From: Macrostomum lignano
Taxonomy: Eukaryota
NCBI GenBank assembly: GCA_002269645.1
Contig: NIVC01003998.1
Coordinates: forward strand, 1-64,000
Reading direction: 5' to 3'
DNA length: 64,000 nt
The notes beneath the pieces are model-generated. The model had not been told where the DNA came from. It saw only the letters and a list, made by a program, of their open reading frames with translations, and did not search any database. This document shows, piece after piece, positions 20,568 to 33,095 of this stretch (within the stretch, counting starts at the first letter, position 1; every line of letters begins with the position of its first letter). The position numbers and the translations under genes were made by a program.

Positions 20568-21757
20568 TGAGAAGTGTCTCAAAAGTTTGTGCACTTTCTT
20601 CACTATAGCCTTTTCTAACCAATCAGAAATATTTAGTCTAGGCGAATTGCAGTTGAAAAGAGAATTATCTGCCTGTTTAAATGACTTTCTATTTATTTCT
20701 ATAGCATTATTAAGATATTAACATTTTTCTGCCCTACATCCTGTGCTACTTTTATAAATTTCTATAGACCAAGACTTAACCTGATGCACAAAACAACAAA
20801 ACATTCAACGAATCAACAAAACATCTACAACATGAAAGCTAAGGAAAGACTAGTCAAAAGTTAATCAATAATAATCAACATTGTCTTGAGGCTTCTCCAC
20901 ATAGTCATTGTGCTATATACACTTCTGCCATTGGCTATACATATTGTCAATGTCATCAGCAAAATCTGAGTCCAGCATCTCATGAAAGAAAACTTGGCAA
21001 GTCAATGCTTCTAGGCTCCCACAACAAGCAAGATTTGTCTACACAGCAGCTTCTTCATCTTTGCAAAGATAGCAAAGTCAATTAGTGACAAATCAGGAGA
21101 GTAGGGGTAGGTATAAAAGTAGCACAAAATTTGCCTGCTCAATCGTCTCCATATTCTTGGCCATGTGGGGATATGCATTGTCATTGTGCAAAGGTATGGA
21201 GCCACAATACCTAGTAGGCTGAGATCTTTGACAGTTCCAACTCCTCAGTCATTGCAAAGTGACTGAGTGAACAGTGAACTTTGGACTGCCGAGCATGTTT
21301 ACAATCTCACAAACTGTCAATCTGGCATCAGTGTCAAGCAATTCCTGAATTTGTCAATGCCATTGCTGATGAAATTGACAGCATGCATAGCCAATGACAG
21401 AAGTGTATGCAGCACAGTGATGACTATGTAGAGAAGCCTTAGGATAACAAATGTTGATAATTAACTTTTGACTGTTCTTTCCTCAGCTTTCATGTTGTAG
21501 ATATTTTATTGATTTGTTGAATGTTTCGTTGTTTCATGAATTAGGTACAAAGTCTTAGTCTATAGCAATTTGTAAAAGTAGCATGGAATGAGGGAAGAAA
21601 AGTGTTCATATCTCAAGAATGCCAGCAGATACTAAAAAAATAGAAAGTCTTTTTAATAGCAGATAATTCTCTTTTCAACTGCTACAAACTAAATATTTCT
21701 AATTGGTTAGAAAAGGCTGTAATGAAAAAAGTGCACTGACTTTTGGGATATCCCTCG
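20568..21757 (-). mobile_element. Decayed mariner element with about 380-bp inverted arms
   Basis: TA flanks; TIR CGAGGGATATCCCAAAAGT; transposase relics LHNDNAYPH and PYSPDLSLIDFAIFAKMKKLL, plus an HTH remnant DARLTVCEIVNMLG; multiple stops. Confidence 0.85.
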
Positions 21758-24179
21758 TAGCTACTCAACTAAATCTACTTTATAGTGTCTATTTGTACAT
21801 TCTGGGAAAATATGCACATATAAAAATAGGTGCAGTCAACAAAATGTCATGTAAGCCCATATATTGTATGGTTAGAATGATAGAGGCCAAAGTTAAAGAC
21901 TTAAGCAATAGATTTTGTCATATATACATTATATAATTAGGATAGTAGGAGCTAAAGTTAAGATAATGCAATCTCTTAGCAATTTTTACTATATTTGCTA
22001 ATAATAAATAAAACAACTTATTTAATATAAGTGATTAGTTAAACTATTGCTATCATTTTATTTCAATATTATATTATAGTAAATGATAGAAAAACTATTA
22101 TTGTATTTAAAACCATTAAGTTTAACCTATAGAAAGTTAGAAAATTATATACTGTAGATATAGATATTGAATACAAATAAGCTAAGAAAAAATTTAGACA
22201 TGGCTATAAATATATAATTATATAGTTATACAACTATCTAACTACAAAACCATTAGACTATTGGCCAAAAAGAGAACTTTTAGCTATCTCTACATATAAA
22301 AGTCAAAACTCTATCTGTCTATTTTGTGTACAATTTTGATTGCTATGGACTCCCAAACCTCTCAACCAAATGACACCAAACTTTACACCCACCCTAAACT
22401 TACTACAGAGAATGTCTTCGGCTACCTTTAAATTTCCTAGACTCAAGTTTTCTTAGCTAAAAGTACAAAAATGTGCAAATGCAGAAAATGCAAATTTTTT
22501 TCACTAAATCCTCCATAGTGCCACTCCACTTCCACCAATTCTCATCAAATTTGACACAGATACTCTTATAAAATTTTGAGTCTCCAAGTTAATCCTGAAC
22601 AGTGCTGTGCACTTTTAAAGTTAGGCTGTTTTTTGTCAGCAAGAAAGCCACCCTAACCTCCACCCACCTGCCTCTCTTTCCCCATCTGAGCAAAGGGTGT
22701 AAATAGGTTTTAAAATGACTAACTTTTGGCTGCTATAAGTTTGCTCCACGTAAAGCAATTTGACACAATTCTTTATTGACCCATTCTCTGTCTAAATGTA
22801 AAGTCTCAACTTTGTATCTCAATCAGGACAGAAACTGTAAGCATGTGAAGTTTGTCTGCTTTTCTATTGTTTGTGCCACTCTTCCAACTCATTTCCCCAG
22901 ACAAAGGATCAAGCGATAGGGCTCAGTGAACATAGTGAATGTAAAGTATTTTGGAATAACTTTTTAATAGCCTTCTCTGTATCCCCGCGAGTGGAGAGAC
23001 ATGGAGAGGAGAGTTTACCAAAAGATTCAAACCACTGTCCTCTGTATAGACAAGTCTGCAGCAGTTAAACAAGGATAGCAAATAGGGATTGCAAATCCCG
23101 GCTGTTCTATAATCCTGGGATCCCAGACAAAGAAATGACTCAATCCTGGGATCCCTGACCCAATCCCGGGATTGACATTTTAATATTTTTTGCCAATAGA
23201 ATGCCAGAAAACCCACTTTAAATTCTTCATCAACTAATGCCCATGTACATGTAAGAAATTAAGAATGCATTCTGTATATATATATTACTACTATACTACG
23301 AGAATAGTAGTAATATCATATATATCATATATATCTCGTATATAAGATATATATGATATATATGATATATACTATACTACTATTGTACTATACTACTACT
23401 ATACTATAATACTACTACACTATTACACTAGTGTAAGTTTTTGGCTTTTGCCGATTCTATAACTAAAAGCTATAACAAAAGGTTGCAGAACTTTTTGATC
23501 ACCCCTCATATACTCTTTTATGTTAAACTCTATCCTAACTATGAACAAGTTTTTGTTTGAGTTTGACCTCATATTTTAGAATACATGCAAAAATAATTCC
23601 ACAGAATGGATTTCTCCAGGTTCAAAATCTGCGGGTTTCAACAGCTTGTATAGCCTAAAAGACAAATTTATAAAGGTAAGAAAATATGTGACTGAAAACA
23701 AGATTATTGATCACATAATATTTAGAAATTGTAATAAAAATGTTTTTAGATAGATTTTGTGTTAAACAATTATTATATAATAGGCCTTAGCTAAAATTAT
23801 GCTCATGGATAGCATTTGCATTTGCATTGCATTTAAGCTAATATATAAATAATTTAAAACTATAGACTACTATTCTTCTTCTATTAGGAGGGAAATTTTG
23901 GATCTTCCATAGTAATAATATTAAGATTATAATTTTAATACCAATAAACAAGGAGACTTACCCATAGATAATAAAACACTAGATATTTCACTCTGCATTG
24001 AGTTAAGCCATTTTTTGTGTTATAGTCTATGGCTCAAAAAATGTCTACTCTTTGGATGAGCATCAGCGTGCAAATGGCAAGAAAAATTGCTAGTTGCTCC
24101 AAAAATGAATTTTGATGCAATTGGCACTACTGTGCCTATAGGTGCAAAAATTCAATTTTCATAAGATCAAATGAAGTGA

Positions 24180-24450
24180 TACCCATTTGGTTACATATTT
24201 TTCCTAGCAACCATATGGTTGCTAGTGAATGGCAACATCTGCTTCAACTGGAATTCATTGATCTGGCACTTAGTTGCAAAAGAGGCTTGTGTGTCTGCAA
24301 CACAAATGGGAGTGAACTCAACTTTGATGTTTTGAAAGCTTATATGTAGGTATGATTTTGTGACTAAGCTGACACAAAAACAACAATACATCACTTTTGC
24401 TACCTATATTTAGATCATTTGATGCATCCATGTTCATTCACACTACTAAC
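24180..24450 (-). pseudogene. Possible decayed hAT transposase N-terminal Zn-finger fragment
   Basis: W...KVMYCCFCV followed (other frame) by KHQS*VH, resembling the TTF-type zinc finger; heavily mutated. Confidence 0.3.
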
Positions 24451-27400
24451 CAAAGAGTAGTTGCAAAAATCTAAACAAGAGTGAACTATCTATGGTTATA
24501 GTATCTGTGGACTTACCTAACAATTTAGGTATATAATATATTGCTTTTCCAACTTTTGCTTCAAGGCCTAAGAATTATAAAAGTGTGTTGTTAAACTGAC
24601 TAATATTCAAATATTATAACATTAAAACTTATTTATTTTATTCTTAGGCTATAGATTATTAAATAATTTATTTTATTGTTAGTTTAATTATCACATTTAG
24701 AATAGACCACCAAAGAATGAACTATCAGATGATATAGATATGTTAATATAAACAAACTAATGGCAAACAACAATACTAATAATGTGCTAATATGATTTAA
24801 AGCTTGAAGGCTTGGCAAATATAGTACAAATTATTAGGCTAGTAGAGTAAAAATGGTTTAAAATAGATTGAAAAATGGCTTGGCACTCCTACTATTAGTA
24901 TTAATTTCCTATCTTATATCAATCTGCTAGCATAGCTTATTTGTAATATTGGTATCTAAATCTGACCATTGCTAAAAATGGTAAAAATTTAAGTATAACT
25001 ATAGCATAGCATAGAATAGCATTGTTAGATTGTTCTGAATGGTAATATAATGCTCTACAATCATTATTATATACTACTTTCCTGCCATTGACTTTATCAT
25101 AGCAGTAGTGCAAGATATAAAAAAACTAAATTTATCTTATCTAAATCTTATCTTAAATACCCAGGGTATCTTAGTAATTCAAATATACAAGCTAATTCGT
25201 TTTTTTGACTATGTAAATGAATCCTTTTAACGCTAACAGTTAAAATTCAGTTGACAATTCTTGACAATTCTGAGCATAATTTATATCATATTGATACTCA
25301 CTAACAGTAGTATATTATGTCTAATTTTATTGAAATTGCCTGACCTATGTCTAGATGCTGAAAAATTGAATGATTGTTTCTATTCCTTAGCTTGTTACTA
25401 TAAGTAGTGTTTGTATTTCGCAACTTTTATTGGACTCCAAAAAAGATCTTTGAAATGGTCAATTTTTTGTCATTTTTTGGCTTTTGTGGTCCATGCAGTT
25501 CCATAGACTAAAGGAAGATGCAGCCATGGCCCCTCGCAGGCAGCGTATGGAGGATTCTCAGTTAGGCTGTCAAAAGCTATACTACATTGTAAGGTTACTG
25601 TCTGCCCCGTTTTCTCACCGGAACAAGAATTTTTGGCTAGATCCGTCAATAGTGCAGCTCTAGTGAATTGCCCATTACATTTCCCGTTTTACACAGTTGC
25701 ATTCTTTGCCGGATTTTTTACACTTTTTACCTCAAAAAGTTCGTTCTGCTTTTCTGTTACAGCTCACGATGGTGGACAGAAAAAGCATTCTTAATCGCAT
25801 ATCCGAATTGCCAGTGTGAGATGAGTAAATAGCATTATAGCTTAGTAGAGCTGCCTCCACAACAGTTGGCTGATAGCAAACAGCCGTAATGCAGGGAGAC
25901 ATTGGCACTGGATGGGCTGTTTTCGCCCTCTTTTGCTATCAAAATTATTCTCTTTCCTGCTGGCGGGCTTCTCCATTTAGAGAGTAAACTGTCAATCATT
26001 GCACTTTTACACCTTTCCATCACCAACTGTATCGCCTCGGTGCTTGGTAGCTGATTATTTCCCATTCTTATCTCTTTCATAAAGCAATGGAAGCAGCAAA
26101 GTATAGTCTCCTGTATATATATTTAGTTACAGCCCCTCACTGCAGCGCTAAATTCGTATGCAAATTTTAAACTAAGTACCATAGGTCTGTGAGTAGTGTA
26201 TTTTATCAGGGTTAGCATTTTCATCAGCTAGATTTTGTGTTAAACATTGCTTTCCTTCTTTCCGTTTCTTCATTCAACTCAACTAACTTGAAAGCTAGCC
26301 GTCTGTTGCCTCTATCTAGGTATTTAATTTCTTGGGTTAAGCTTTCGATCCAAGCCTTCTCTGCTTCTGCTCGCTTTGCTGCCTCGTGTGCATCATTTTC
26401 CGTTTAGTTGCGCCCGTGCTCTCTTCCTCTCTCTGTCTCGTGCAATAATTGGACTTGGTGGAGCAAAGGCTTTGCAGTTGAATCTTTTGAGGTGGTTCCC
26501 TCGCCAGTCTTTAATTAACTGATTCGTTTCACTTGGCTTCTCGCTAAACTGGGATTTCGCCAGCGCGTCTTCTTTCATCCAGCAGTTCTTAACTTTTCAG
26601 TGCTCCCCGATTCAATATGAGATCTGCATAACTCGGCATGAGACTTACTATTTTGTGCATATTCTTTGTTGACAGCTAGCTCCCTTATATTTATATACTT
26701 TTCATCTCAATTCCGTCAGATTTGAATTCCTATTTTCAATTTCTAGGCTTAACGGTTAAGACTGGTTTAATTCGCCGACTTAATCCGTTCGCAAATGTGT
26801 GATGATAAGGAATGCCACACTTTCCCCCTGGATTCACTAGCAAGATTGCGACGGAGCAAAGAGTTACGGTCAGTGAGCAACTAATCTCATTCATAGCAAC
26901 AGAGTTTTTTGGATGCATAGAATTGCTGAAAGTTAACAACAACTTCTACGAAAATACCACGCATTCTACGAACTTTCCTTTTGATTGCTTTTTCCCGTTT
27001 TAGTGCATGCGCTTCTACTCAATAAAAGTTACCCGCCAGGAAAGTTTAAGCAATAAAGTTTTTCTTCTTTAACAGTAGCAGCTGTATTTGTCGCGTGTAA
27101 ATTATTGTGCGTGTTTCTTTCTATCTGTGTAGACATGCAGTCTTCTACTCGCGATATCGACTGTAAAGATCTCCACTGCAGTTTTCCTAAGTGAACTTGC
27201 TTGTCTTCCAATCTGTCGTCTGTCTGCTAATAATACATCGGTTCAGCCCATTTGGGTTTTTTTCGGTCTGGTGGACCTCATTCAGCGATTTACCGAAACT
27301 GCATGGCTGGCTAGGGATAAGTGGGCCAGTAAGGGAGGAGTAATCAGGCTTCAGAACCAGATTAGCTATGCATTGTGAGCGTCGCCGTCGACGCCAGCAA

Positions 27401-28081
27401 AGTGGAGTATTTGCTCTAAGCCTTGTGGCGAATTGCCGGATTTACGTATCCATCCTTGCTGTTCGTGTGCTCCAGTTTCACGGTCGTAATTCAGCTACAA
27501 TTACCTATCTGCAAAGTGGAATAGGCCCTGTAGGCCGACAATCTCTCTAGAGGATAGATTTATGCGAAATACTGCACTCACTGCTTTAAGCAATTAGACT
27601 AATGCGCAGTGGAAGATATTTAGAGCTACGCTTATTGCAACATCGCGATAAACTGTGCCTCTTTAAACTCTAAGCATGTCTACACATGCGAGAGGCCCCA
27701 GTTCAGTGTATCAGAATATTAGCTATTAGATTTAAAAGCAAAAAAAATAATATGATTCACTAATAATCGTAGTTTGTGTTTATGTAAGGATATCATTGCA
27801 ATACAACATTTGACATCAATGAGTAAAATAGTATTATTTATTTATATTTTGTTTCGTGCTTATAATATCAATAATAAGTTTCTAGCATTGGCGCAATCTG
27901 TATTGAAAGGAACACTTTTTAAACAGGTAATTGCTTAAATAGCCTTGACTAATTTGTGAAGTTGTGCAATAAGTATAGCAGGTGTATTGTAGTGTAACAT
28001 AATTACAAGTTCAAGTTACGTGTAGCACCTAGCGGATCGAAAACTGTTTATTCTATCTACGCCGTCGCTATAATTAAGGTT

Positions 28082-28615
28082 TTATAGTCTAGTGTACTTT
28101 TTACAGTCGCACAGCACATACGGATTAATAGTCGTCTGGCGGCACTTAAGAAACTGTTGGCGCTCAGACTTCTCTTCCGCAGCTCTTGCTGCTTCTGCTG
28201 CTGAATTTTGTTCTTGCCAAGGCGCTCCACTGTTGTGCCTGGCTCGCAGTCGCTTGCTAGTTACGTAATAAACGTATCTCGGATCGTCCGCAGGCAGGTG
28301 AACCGGTCCATTGTTCTTTTTGCCTTCCGACAGTTTAGTCGATGTTACATTGAGCACACATTCTGCTTGACCGAAGCAGATCAGCTTTAGACAGTTGCAG
28401 CCAGTTTCGCTTACTTTGCCGCAATTTCTTAAACTTCGGAATAGTGGCCGCTTCAAGAATTCGACCAACTCTTCTGTGTAATCCTCAAAGTGTTCCTTCA
28501 GCTCGCTTTGCGGATTCAGTTTGCGTATTGCAGAGCGTTTTTCTTTGACTCCGAACTTTTTCTGCAGTTTCTTTGCGTCGGACGCGTCAAACTGGGAGAT
28601 ATCGTCGTCTCCCAT
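28082..28615 (-). CDS. 177-aa orphan ORF or exon, Cys-containing, possibly transposon-derived
   Basis: Natural amino-acid composition (charged N-terminus, NCG...GCNCLKLICF, terminal LCDCKK); acceptor-like TTGAACTATTACAG about 11 nt before the ATG. Confidence 0.4.
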   Translation of the reverse strand: MGDDDISQFDASDAKKLQKKFGVKEKRSAIRKLNPQSELKEHFEDYTEELVEFLKRPLFRSLRNCGKVSETGCNCLKLICFGQAECVLNVTSTKLSEGKKNNGPVHLPADDPRYVYYVTSKRLRARHNSGAPWQEQNSAAEAARAAEEKSERQQFLKCRQTTINPYVLCDCKKYTRL

Positions 28616-31600
28616 TAGATCCTCGTCTGTAATAGTTCAATTGAATCGAATGTCTTTAGTCCGTAAAGATAAAAAATTTAAAGATTTTTCAGTTCAAATT
28701 CGACATAACGCATAATGATTGAAGGTGAAGCATTTTGTGTCTTCATTTATAAGAGCCAATAGTAATCCATTTATTGATTTTTAGCCTTCTTGCTTATATT
28801 TAATCTCGTCTATCAAAGGCTTTCTCAGTAGTTTTTTCCCTGAAGACAGAATATTCAGTCCGGAACAAAAATCCGAAAAAGAAATTTGAGTAAGGGTGAC
28901 TCCTTTCCCTTCCCATTCCTTCTCCCTGCAAAGTCGGCCGTCTGGGCGCTGCTGGTCTTGTCAAATTAGCGCCCCCTCCCTGGTTCGACTCACGCTCGAC
29001 CGACACGGGCATGTAAAACCCCTGCTCAACCCGTACTCTTTATTCCCATCTGGTACACGGGCGTGCCTCCTGACGTCCTCCAAGCCAAATCCGGTCATTA
29101 ACCTTGACGGATCTCGCGGTGTCGTCCGTCTCTAACTATCCGTCCATGACTGGGCAAAGCTTTGCTTCTCTTTTACCCTTTCCCATCCTAGCCTCTATGC
29201 GCTCAGCTGCCAGCGAAGGCTTTGGATATGCCGGACTGGACTGCAAAGCTGATTTGATTGCTTTGCTGCTACCGAAATCACACAAGCGAGCTTGCTCCCT
29301 TGCTCTGCTTGCCTTTTCCCGTTACTGTAGTCCATGTTGTGCTAGCCGCGGGAACTGAGGCAGGAGGAGCATCAAATGATTCTCCCTTCCAAACGCTGCT
29401 GCACTTTAAAAATGACTGATCGATGCTGCAAACTCGTGTGAGCGGAACGAGGCCGCATGTCAAAACTGCGGAATAGCCCAGATATGACTGATTTTCAACT
29501 AGAAATATAATGCAAATTTGGTAGCGTGTGTCACTGCCACTAATTGTGTCTTGATCCCTGCGCCTCTAGCCAAATATTAGCTTGGATGCGCTCTACGTCC
29601 CCCTTTTTTTCATATGAGCTTGTCTATTTTAAGCAGTGAATGATTTCATCGAAGCAGCTAATAATACTCACAAATATTTATAAATCCAATGGTTCCTAGA
29701 AAAAGGAGCAGATTGGCTGATCTCATGACACAAGGCAGCAGATGGATTGAGCGAGTTTTTCAAGCCGTCCGTGCATCAAACAATTTTTCATCGCGATTTC
29801 GTGTCCACTTTTGGTGATTATTTTGCGCTTGTGGCTTTCACGAAAATATTTGGCATAGTTTTCTCAGATGCCGCTGTTGGTCGATCTACTGAGCTGCTGA
29901 TTTTCCCGTCGGTGGACAGGGGCTAAGTGGCGACCTCTGTTGCTCTTGCTCTTAGCGGGCGACGTTAGCTCCGCAGTCTATAAATGCAGGAGGGTAAGTT
30001 TGTGGTTGACCCTTAGTGCAATCGTTAAAACTTCGTGTGCACTCGGTCGCGAGATCGATGAATTCAGTGCAGAGATGGAGTCGAATGTTTATGATGGCGG
30101 GAGGAATCAGCTTCTCGCAGGCTCAAATAACGAGAGAGGAAGCGCAGTGCAACAGGATGGAAACCAAGGGCAAATCGATCAGCATGCGCAGCCTACGGAG
30201 AGATATATGTAGAGGAGATATGTAAATTTTCAATGCAGACTCTACGGTGAGCTGCAATGACTACTGCTTCGTACCTGATTCGTGCTTGAAACTTGGATGA
30301 TATTTTGTGACTGCTTTATACTTGTCGTCTCCTTGTTGCACGATTAGCCACTGCCTTCCTTTTCAGTTCCAAGGATGAAATTAAATACAAAGGGGGGTGG
30401 AGGGTTATTGCTTTTATTCTCTTTCCAATTGTATGAATACCGCACTGTTGGCTGACGTTTCTTAAGCGCAGTCGCTTGCAGTTTGAGAGATGCTCGACGA
30501 TGGCGAAGTAGCTGGTGGGAGGAGTTGGGTCTCGGGCTATAGGGGGAAAGGTGAGCCCATGAAAGCTGATCGGGCTCTTTCGTCCTCACCCTATCCCTCC
30601 GCTGCCGATTGATAGGCTGTCCGCTCCGGCCTTGAATGCTGATTTGTCTCTCCTCTCCACGCTGCCTCCACGGTTCCCAACAATCCGGACGGTGTGGATA
30701 GGAGGAAGCTTCACTGCTTCCCTCCAAACAGTTTTTTGGTCCTCTGGTCTCCCCCCCTCTTAGTTGGACTGACTGGCTTGTCTGTCCCTCATTTGCCAAG
30801 CCCCTACCCGGATGGATCCCCTAACTAAATATGTCTGTGCACTATTGGTTTCTTCCATTTTTGTTCCCGCCCAAAGTTCCTATGCATATATTGACGATGC
30901 TATATCTGACCCATTATCTGGGACAGCTTGCGCCACAGCCCCCTCCCTCAAATATTTTCCAATCCTTTCGTCCCGTCTCCCTAGGCTAGCAAGCGTGGGC
31001 GCGCAGAGTGGTCACCCGTTTTGCTTTCTATTTGCCACCAGTTGAATTCCCTGGCCATGCAGAGTTTTGTCCGCCTAAACAGATCTCCCCCGCCCGGTCA
31101 TGTCGCGTCCCATGACGTGTCCAGTTGTTGCTGCAGCTGTATTCCTATCTTGCCAATGCTACCCTCATCCTCTCGGTCTCTCAGTCCATCCCCAAGTACT
31201 TAGGTGGAGATTAGTGATGGTATATAGGAAGACCACATGAAAACCTCGTGCTACATGCTACTCCACTTGACTCGCTGTCGTGTTTCCAACCCTTCCGTGC
31301 CAGATTTTATAGTAATAGACATGTGCCTGACTGTCGAATGCCTAGGAATTAGAGGTTTAAGAAGTGCCATTGGGGCAGGCTGAGTGGATAATCTACGTCT
31401 CGCAAAGCATGATAGCTACACTGTTGCAATGCAGCAAAATCAAGTCGACTCGAGAAGCCTCTCCAATTAGACGTTGAGTCTTGCATGCCGGGCAGGGCTC
31501 CCAGATTCAGCTGTACAAGCTTCGAATTGCATTCGCACTTTTTAATTTGCTCGCCATCCTCGCAGCCGAGTGCCGGACTAAAGTGGGCGCCTCAAGGGCT

Positions 31601-32246
31601 CTCAACTCAAGTTGGGTTTCGTTATTCCGGGGAAATTCTCGGCCTACTGTGTCGATGCAAGAAATACATAAATTTTCAGCCCTCTCCTCTCCTTGCAACC
31701 TTGAAAGTGAACTTTGCCAAGCATGTTTTGCTTTTGACTTTGCTAACTAACCCCAAGGAAGAAGTATCCCCACTGTGACTGAGGCGTAGCTCCTCGTCTT
31801 GAAAAATGTCACTTAATTGCAGAATTTCTCCGCTTGAATCTACCTATTTTTTGAAATAAATGCGTCGCATAAAATGTCTTTTCCTCCTAGAAGCAAGACG
31901 CATCTGCGTGCTTTCGGAATTTTCTTGTCAAGGTCGGCGTTTTTGCCGTCCCCCATTTTTCAGCACTCATCCCGCCAATCCTTTCTAAATTTCTAAAAGC
32001 TTCTTGCCGCACCCCTTGAAGAATCGCTTGGCCTACTGTGTCAGTGTATAGCAGATTCACAGCATTTTGCAGCACACTTTAGTCTTTAGTCAGAGCTCCC
32101 ACCGTGTCTAGTAGCTTTTTAGTGCTTAGAATCTGCTTGTAGAAATCGTCCTATCGTCCTACCATGCCGTCACTTCCTATTCGTCTTCCAATGCTTCATT
32201 ATGATTATACTATTATTTTGCATGCCAAAAAACGAACGAAGCCGCA

Positions 32247-33095
32247 ATGGACTGGAGGCAGCAACAACAGCAGCAGCCGCAGCAACCACAAGCTCCCAAA
32301 GCGGCCGATTTCAAGCGAAGAATCGATGATCTAATTGCTCGAACCCGCGTCGTCCGCGACAATTCGTCGACTACAACTAGGCCAAGTTCGTCGACCTCGA
32401 CCGCTGCCGCTGCCGCATCGCCGCAGTTGATGGCGTCGCCTTTCGCTGTGTCTCGTCGGGGCGCCGCGACGGCGAATCTGTCAACGGCGCCATCTTCCAC
32501 AGTCAGGGTATCGCAATCGCCGTCGCCGTCTGAATCTTCATCAGATTCTTCGGAGTCGTCGCAGGCCTCGTCGGCGGCGACATCGCGCCAGTCAACTCTG
32601 GCGGCCGGGCCTGCGTCGGCTTCAACAGCCGGCGGCAGTGCGGGCCACCGCCTGATCGAGGTGATACCGAATCGGGCGCCTGCGGTCGCTTCGGAATCGA
32701 CTGCAACGCCGGCCGCTAATTCGGCTTTGCCGTCGGCTTGGCTGTCGCTATGCGAAGAAGCCACCGCCGCTTCCGGCGGGCAGGCGGCGGTGGCGGCGGC
32801 TGCTGCTCTGCGGAAGCAGCTGACTCAGCTGGACGCCTTCGCCAACGCTGATCCGCGCGATTACTATGGTCAGGCTAGCGAGGAGCTGGCTAACCTGGCC
32901 ATCCAGCTGGAGGCTTTGGAACGCCAGCTGACGGATTTGAACACCAACGCGTTGGACGTGCTACTGGAATTAGCCGCCTGGATGAGCCCGGACGCGCTGG
33001 ATCCGGCTTTGAATGCGGCGGCCAATTGTCGGCGCTGCACTCGGCTGGCCTTTCGTCTGTCGCACGATGCTGATGATAGCGAAGAGAGCGACTGA
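32247..33095 (+). CDS. 282-aa single-exon orphan: Gln/Ser/Ala low-complexity N-half, helical or coiled-coil C-half
   Basis: ATG-initiated GC-rich ORF with AT-rich flanks; heptad-like EELANLAIQLEALERQLTDL. Confidence 0.7.
   Translation: MDWRQQQQQQPQQPQAPKAADFKRRIDDLIARTRVVRDNSSTTTRPSSSTSTAAAAASPQLMASPFAVSRRGAATANLSTAPSSTVRVSQSPSPSESSSDSSESSQASSAATSRQSTLAAGPASASTAGGSAGHRLIEVIPNRAPAVASESTATPAANSALPSAWLSLCEEATAASGGQAAVAAAAALRKQLTQLDAFANADPRDYYGQASEELANLAIQLEALERQLTDLNTNALDVLLELAAWMSPDALDPALNAAANCRRCTRLAFRLSHDADDSEESD

Noticed and set aside
28925-29005. B-box GGTTCGACTC with a GGGCGCT/AGCGCCC hairpin, suggesting a tRNA
   Set aside because: No cloverleaf or proper A-box could be built.
30344-31260. 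Possible decayed non-LTR RT fragment on the minus strand (PKYLGMD)
   Set aside because: A single short motif among many stops; no supporting RT motifs.
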